The notes under the pieces are model-generated. The model was given only the letters and a program-made list of their open reading frames with translations, was not told the DNA's origin and did no database searches. DNA of 64,000 bases. Source: Ignavibacteriota bacterium (lineage in GTDB: Bacteria; Bacteroidota; Ignavibacteria; Palsa-1295). Location of the stretch: contig CAWBEI010000003.1 in the NCBI GenBank assembly GCA_963787835.1, forward strand, positions 32,001 to 96,000, given 5' to 3'. Both the position numbers and the translations under genes were made by a program. Shown here in pieces: positions 60,105 to 64,000 of this stretch (positions are counted from its first letter, which is position 1; each line of letters begins with the position of its first letter).

Positions 60105-63100
60105 ATGTGGCTCACACGGCTTGCGCTTAAATATCCGATCTCGACGGTGTTGATCGGTTTCACGATCCTCGTGCTCGGGATCGTATCGTTGCAGCAATTG
60201 CCGATCGACCTATTGCCGAACGTTTCGATCCCAGTCGTTACCACGGTCACATACTGGACGGGCGCCAGCCCCATGGACATGGAGCAAGCCGTCACCGCGA
60301 TCGAGGAGCGCGGTATTAGTTCCGTAAACGATGTGAACTATATTCAGTCCGCTACGCGGGAGGGTGTTGGGCAGATTCGCGTCAATTTTAATTGGGGCGC
60401 GAACGTCGATGTAGGGCTTGTCGATGTGATCCAGCGTGTGAACCGCACGGTCACCCAACTCCCGGCCGGGATCCAGCAGCCCATTTCGCTCCGCTTCGAT
60501 ATAAATAGCGTTCCCGTTATCACGCTAGCGATCTCTGGCCAGATCGATCAGCGAGATCTTTACGATCTTGCCTATAACACGATCGAGCCGCAACTCGAGC
60601 ATTTAACCGGCGTGGCTTCCGCGCAAGTAACGGGCGGACAGATTCGCGAGATCCATATCATGTTGGATCGCGACCGCATTCAGGCGCTCCAGATCCCGAT
60701 CGCAGGAATTATCAATGCTGTAAAACAGTCGAATCTTATCGTTCCATCCGGCGATCTCAAAAGCGGCGTCTTTGATTTTGCGCTGAAGACCGAAAGCCTG
60801 TTTAACGTCGTCCAGCCCATCGGCGATATTGTACTTTCAGATACGAACGGCGTGCCGGTCCGTATTCGCGATGTCGCAAAAGTTGAAGATAGTTACCAGG
60901 AGCAAACGGAAACGATCCGGGTCGATGGCAAGCCAGGTATCGTGCTCCGCGTTCAAAAGCTCGCCAGCGCAAATACGGTGGACGTCGTCGATAATATCAT
61001 CAAGGCGATCCCATCACTGACTGGAATCCCTCCCAATATTCACATTGCGTTGACTTTCGATCAATCCATTTATATCCGGCAGACCATCAATGGTCTTTCT
61101 CGCGAGGCTATGATCGGCTCGATCCTTGCCATGTTCATCATCATGATCTTCCTTCGCAATATCCGTGGAACGATCATCATTATCGTGGCCATACCAATGT
61201 CGATCCTCATCACCTTCATCATGTTCCGCTTCGGCGATGTCACACTGAACATCATGACCTTCGGCGGACTGGCGCTCGCCGTGGGACGGCTGGTGGATGA
61301 CTCCATCGTAGAGCTGGAAGCGATCAGCCGCCACTACAACGATCCCAAGCCTGGAGAAACAAAGATCCAGCAAACGCTCGCAGCCGCGAGCGAGGTCGCA
61401 ACGCCCATCTTTGTCTCCACGCTGACAACAGTCATCGTATTCCTGCCGGTCGTATTCCTGACAGGTATTGCAAAATTGCTTTTTGTACCGCTCACAGAAA
61501 CCATTGCCGTGGCATTGTTCGGCTCGTTCTTTATTTCGCGAACGATCACACCACTCCTGTGCTTAAGATTCCTGCCGCCGGAAAAGAAAATGGATCGCGG
61601 ATCGAAAAAACTTCCGGATCGAACGCGAGTCTATTTTCACGATCTGATCGACCGCGTCGATCACGGATATGCAACGATGCTGGAATGGGCGCTGAGGCAT
61701 CGTAAGCTTATTATCATCACCATTCTTTGTATCGCAGGGGCATCGGTATTTCTGTTCAAATTCATTGGAACGGAGTTTTTCCCCGATCAGGATGAAAGCG
61801 TGTTTACCGTAACGATAAAAGATCCCGTAGGAACGCGCATCGAAGAAACATCGAAAACGGTCGATGCCATAGAAAGCGTTCTGCGGAAAAACATCCCAGA
61901 AATAAATGCTATGGTTACGGATGTGGGCGTTCCATCGGCAAAAAGCGGAAATTTCTTCGGAAGGAATACCGGCGAACATGCCGCGAATATTCAGGTTTCG
62001 CTGGTACCACCCGACAAGCGGAAGCGGACTATTTTCCAGGTCATGGACGCGATCCGGCCCAAGATCAATAATTACCTCGGCGCGAACGTCATCGTCAGTG
62101 CAAGCGGATTCCTGCGGTTCTTACTCAATTTTGGTTCCTTAGCTCCGATCGACATTGAAATTCGCGGCTTCGATCTCGATAAGGGAACCGCGCTGGCGAA
62201 CCAGGTGCTGGCAGCCGTAAAATCTACTCCAGGAGCAGTAAATGCTGTTTCCTCCCGTGAGGACAATCTTCCCGGTTTGCGAGTCGATATTGACAGGCAA
62301 AAAGCCGGAATTCTGGGCATCACGGTGTCCCAGATATCAAACACGATCAGCGCGGCGATCGATGGAAATGTTGCTTCCCTGTTTAGCGACCCCGTGAATG
62401 GGAACCAGTATAATATTTTGGTTCGCTTTTCCGAGCAATATCGTTCCTCTCCGGACGATCTACGCAAATTACTTCTTGTTACGCCTTCCGGCACGCTGGT
62501 GCAATTAGGGGAAATTGCGAATATCACGCAGGATGCCTCACCCGTCGAGATCGACCGTAAATATCAACAGCGTATTATTGATGTTACTGCCGAAGCAAGC
62601 GGACGCGACCTGGGAAGCGTGGCATCGGACATTCAGGCCAAGCTGGATAAGATGGTTCTGCCTCCAGGCTTCGAAATGAAACTTGGTGGGAACGTGGAGC
62701 AACAGCAGCAAACATTCAGCGGGCTTACGTTAGCATTTGCTTTGGCGATTCTGCTTGTGTATGTCGTGATGGCATCCCAATTCCAATCGCTGATGGATCC
62801 GTTCATCATCATGTTCACCGTGCCATTCGGTGTCGTTGGGGTACTTTGGGCATTGTTTCTGACTGGGACCACGCTTTCCGTTACCTCATTCCAAGGAATT
62901 ATTGTAATGGTAGGGGTCGTCGTTTCCAACGGCATCTTGCTGGTAGATTATACCAACCATTTACGCATGAAGGGCGAGGATCTGCACCGCGCCGTCATCG
63001 ATGCAAGCCGAACGCGTCTGAAGCCGATCCTTATGACTTCCATCGCAACCGTGCTCGGGCTGATCCCAATGGCAATGGGACTCGGTGGTGAAAAGACACA

Positions 63101-63248
63101 GGCTCCGCTCGCGATCGCCGTCATTGGCGGACTTTCACTTTCGACATTGCTGACGCTCTTCTTTGTGCCAACGCTTTATACTATTTTTGAAGAACGATTC
63201 CGCAAAAAGATCGAAACGCCAGAAGAAAGGCTCCATGAACATGTCTGA
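60105..63248 (+). CDS. AcrB/AcrD/AcrF family RND transporter
   Basis: LP.DLLP, GRLVDDSIV.LE, GVVVSNGILLVD, RLKPILMTS; start trimmed to MWLTRL. Confidence 0.95.
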   Translation: MWLTRLALKYPISTVLIGFTILVLGIVSLQQLPIDLLPNVSIPVVTTVTYWTGASPMDMEQAVTAIEERGISSVNDVNYIQSATREGVGQIRVNFNWGANVDVGLVDVIQRVNRTVTQLPAGIQQPISLRFDINSVPVITLAISGQIDQRDLYDLAYNTIEPQLEHLTGVASAQVTGGQIREIHIMLDRDRIQALQIPIAGIINAVKQSNLIVPSGDLKSGVFDFALKTESLFNVVQPIGDIVLSDTNGVPVRIRDVAKVEDSYQEQTETIRVDGKPGIVLRVQKLASANTVDVVDNIIKAIPSLTGIPPNIHIALTFDQSIYIRQTINGLSREAMIGSILAMFIIMIFLRNIRGTIIIIVAIPMSILITFIMFRFGDVTLNIMTFGGLALAVGRLVDDSIVELEAISRHYNDPKPGETKIQQTLAAASEVATPIFVSTLTTVIVFLPVVFLTGIAKLLFVPLTETIAVALFGSFFISRTITPLLCLRFLPPEKKMDRGSKKLPDRTRVYFHDLIDRVDHGYATMLEWALRHRKLIIITILCIAGASVFLFKFIGTEFFPDQDESVFTVTIKDPVGTRIEETSKTVDAIESVLRKNIPEINAMVTDVGVPSAKSGNFFGRNTGEHAANIQVSLVPPDKRKRTIFQVMDAIRPKINNYLGANVIVSASGFLRFLLNFGSLAPIDIEIRGFDLDKGTALANQVLAAVKSTPGAVNAVSSREDNLPGLRVDIDRQKAGILGITVSQISNTISAAIDGNVASLFSDPVNGNQYNILVRFSEQYRSSPDDLRKLLLVTPSGTLVQLGEIANITQDASPVEIDRKYQQRIIDVTAEASGRDLGSVASDIQAKLDKMVLPPGFEMKLGGNVEQQQQTFSGLTLAFALAILLVYVVMASQFQSLMDPFIIMFTVPFGVVGVLWALFLTGTTLSVTSFQGIIVMVGVVVSNGILLVDYTNHLRMKGEDLHRAVIDASRTRLKPILMTSIATVLGLIPMAMGLGGEKTQAPLAIAVIGGLSLSTLLTLFFVPTLYTIFEERFRKKIETPEERLHEHV

Positions 63249-63395
63249 ACTTGGATGTATGGGATTTTTTAAGATCTTTAGGATCTGGGAACCTGAAATG
63301 AAATTGCAAAAAGGGCTTCGGACAACATTGGTGAATTATGAAGGATCCGTTCTTGAACTTCATCATTCATAATTCATCATTCATCATTTTTCATT

Positions 63396-64000
63396 ATGTG
63401 GCTTACACGACTCGCTCTCAAATATCCGATCTCGACGGTGCTGATCGGTTTCACGATCCTTGTGCTCGGGATCGTGTCGCTGCAACAATTACCGATCGAC
63501 TTACTGCCGAACGTGTCCATCCCGGTGGTCACCACGGTAACGTATTGGACTGGCGCAAGCCCGATGGACATGGAGCAAGCGGTCACAGCGATTGAAGAAC
63601 GAAGTGTCAGTTCAGTGAATGATGTCGATTATATTCAATCGCAAACTCGGGAGGGTGTCGGGCAGATCAAGATCAATTTCAATTGGGGAGCGAATGTAGA
63701 TGTCGGCCTTGTCGATGTGATCCAGCGGTTGGATCGTGCAATGATCCAGCTTCCAACCGGAGTGCAGCAGCCAATTTCTCTCCGGTTTGATATTACGAGC
63801 CTTCCCGTGATTACGCTCGCCGTCTCCGGTAATATGGATGAGCGCGATCTCTACGATCTGGCCTATAATACGATCGAACCGCAGATTGAACATTTGAATG
63901 GTGTGGCATCCGCCCAGGTCACGGGTGGCCGTATTCGCGAGATCCATATCATGCTGGATCGGGACCGAATTCAGGCACTCGGACTTCCGATCACCAGCGT
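63396..64000 (+). CDS. second AcrB family RND transporter (partial, runs off window end)
   Basis: MWLTRLALKYPISTVLIG..., nearly identical in protein to the preceding paralogue but with many synonymous changes; not in the ORF track. Confidence 0.92.
   Translation, partial: MWLTRLALKYPISTVLIGFTILVLGIVSLQQLPIDLLPNVSIPVVTTVTYWTGASPMDMEQAVTAIEERSVSSVNDVDYIQSQTREGVGQIKINFNWGANVDVGLVDVIQRLDRAMIQLPTGVQQPISLRFDITSLPVITLAVSGNMDERDLYDLAYNTIEPQIEHLNGVASAQVTGGRIREIHIMLDRDRIQALGLPITS

Noticed and set aside
63396-64000. Second acrB as an assembly duplication
   Set aside because: Numerous synonymous and some amino-acid differences show a genuine paralogue.

Overview
Chromosomal window (about 50% GC by eye) from an FCB-group bacterium. 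The T9SS C-terminal-domain cargo proteins, a CdaA diadenylate cyclase and the gene content suggest Ignavibacteria/Kapabacteria-like relatives of Bacteroidota (inference). It is mostly housekeeping: yceD-rpmF-plsX-fabH-fabD-DUF3109-fabG-acpP-fabF-rnc-aroA-aroE-aroC, fmt, nuoG/H/I, ald, miaA, pcm, cdaA, phoH, malic enzyme, dut, fbp, thrS-infC and rpmI-rplT (split by an insertion), tRNA-Ile2(CAU), and an RND efflux operon with two tandem AcrB paralogues. Two accessory patches lie at about 15-21 kb and 53.8-58.8 kb. I saw no CRISPR array, integrase, transposase, reverse transcriptase or phage structural gene. The most unusual unannotated signals are: (1) a duplicated 19-codon micro-ORF plus hairpin that brackets a BrnT/BrnA module and diverges mostly synonymously; (2) a dispersed ~200-bp promoter-bearing element present upstream of both yccA and thrS, 33 kb apart; (3) an ECF sigma / putative trans-envelope beta-barrel anti-sigma / T9SS cargo locus sharing a GTAAC-N16-YGTTTT promoter motif; (4) a duplicated eamA 5' end bracketing an orphan antitoxin-like gene; (5) at least six families of palindromic or short tandem intergenic repeats; (6) three small-indel frameshifts.
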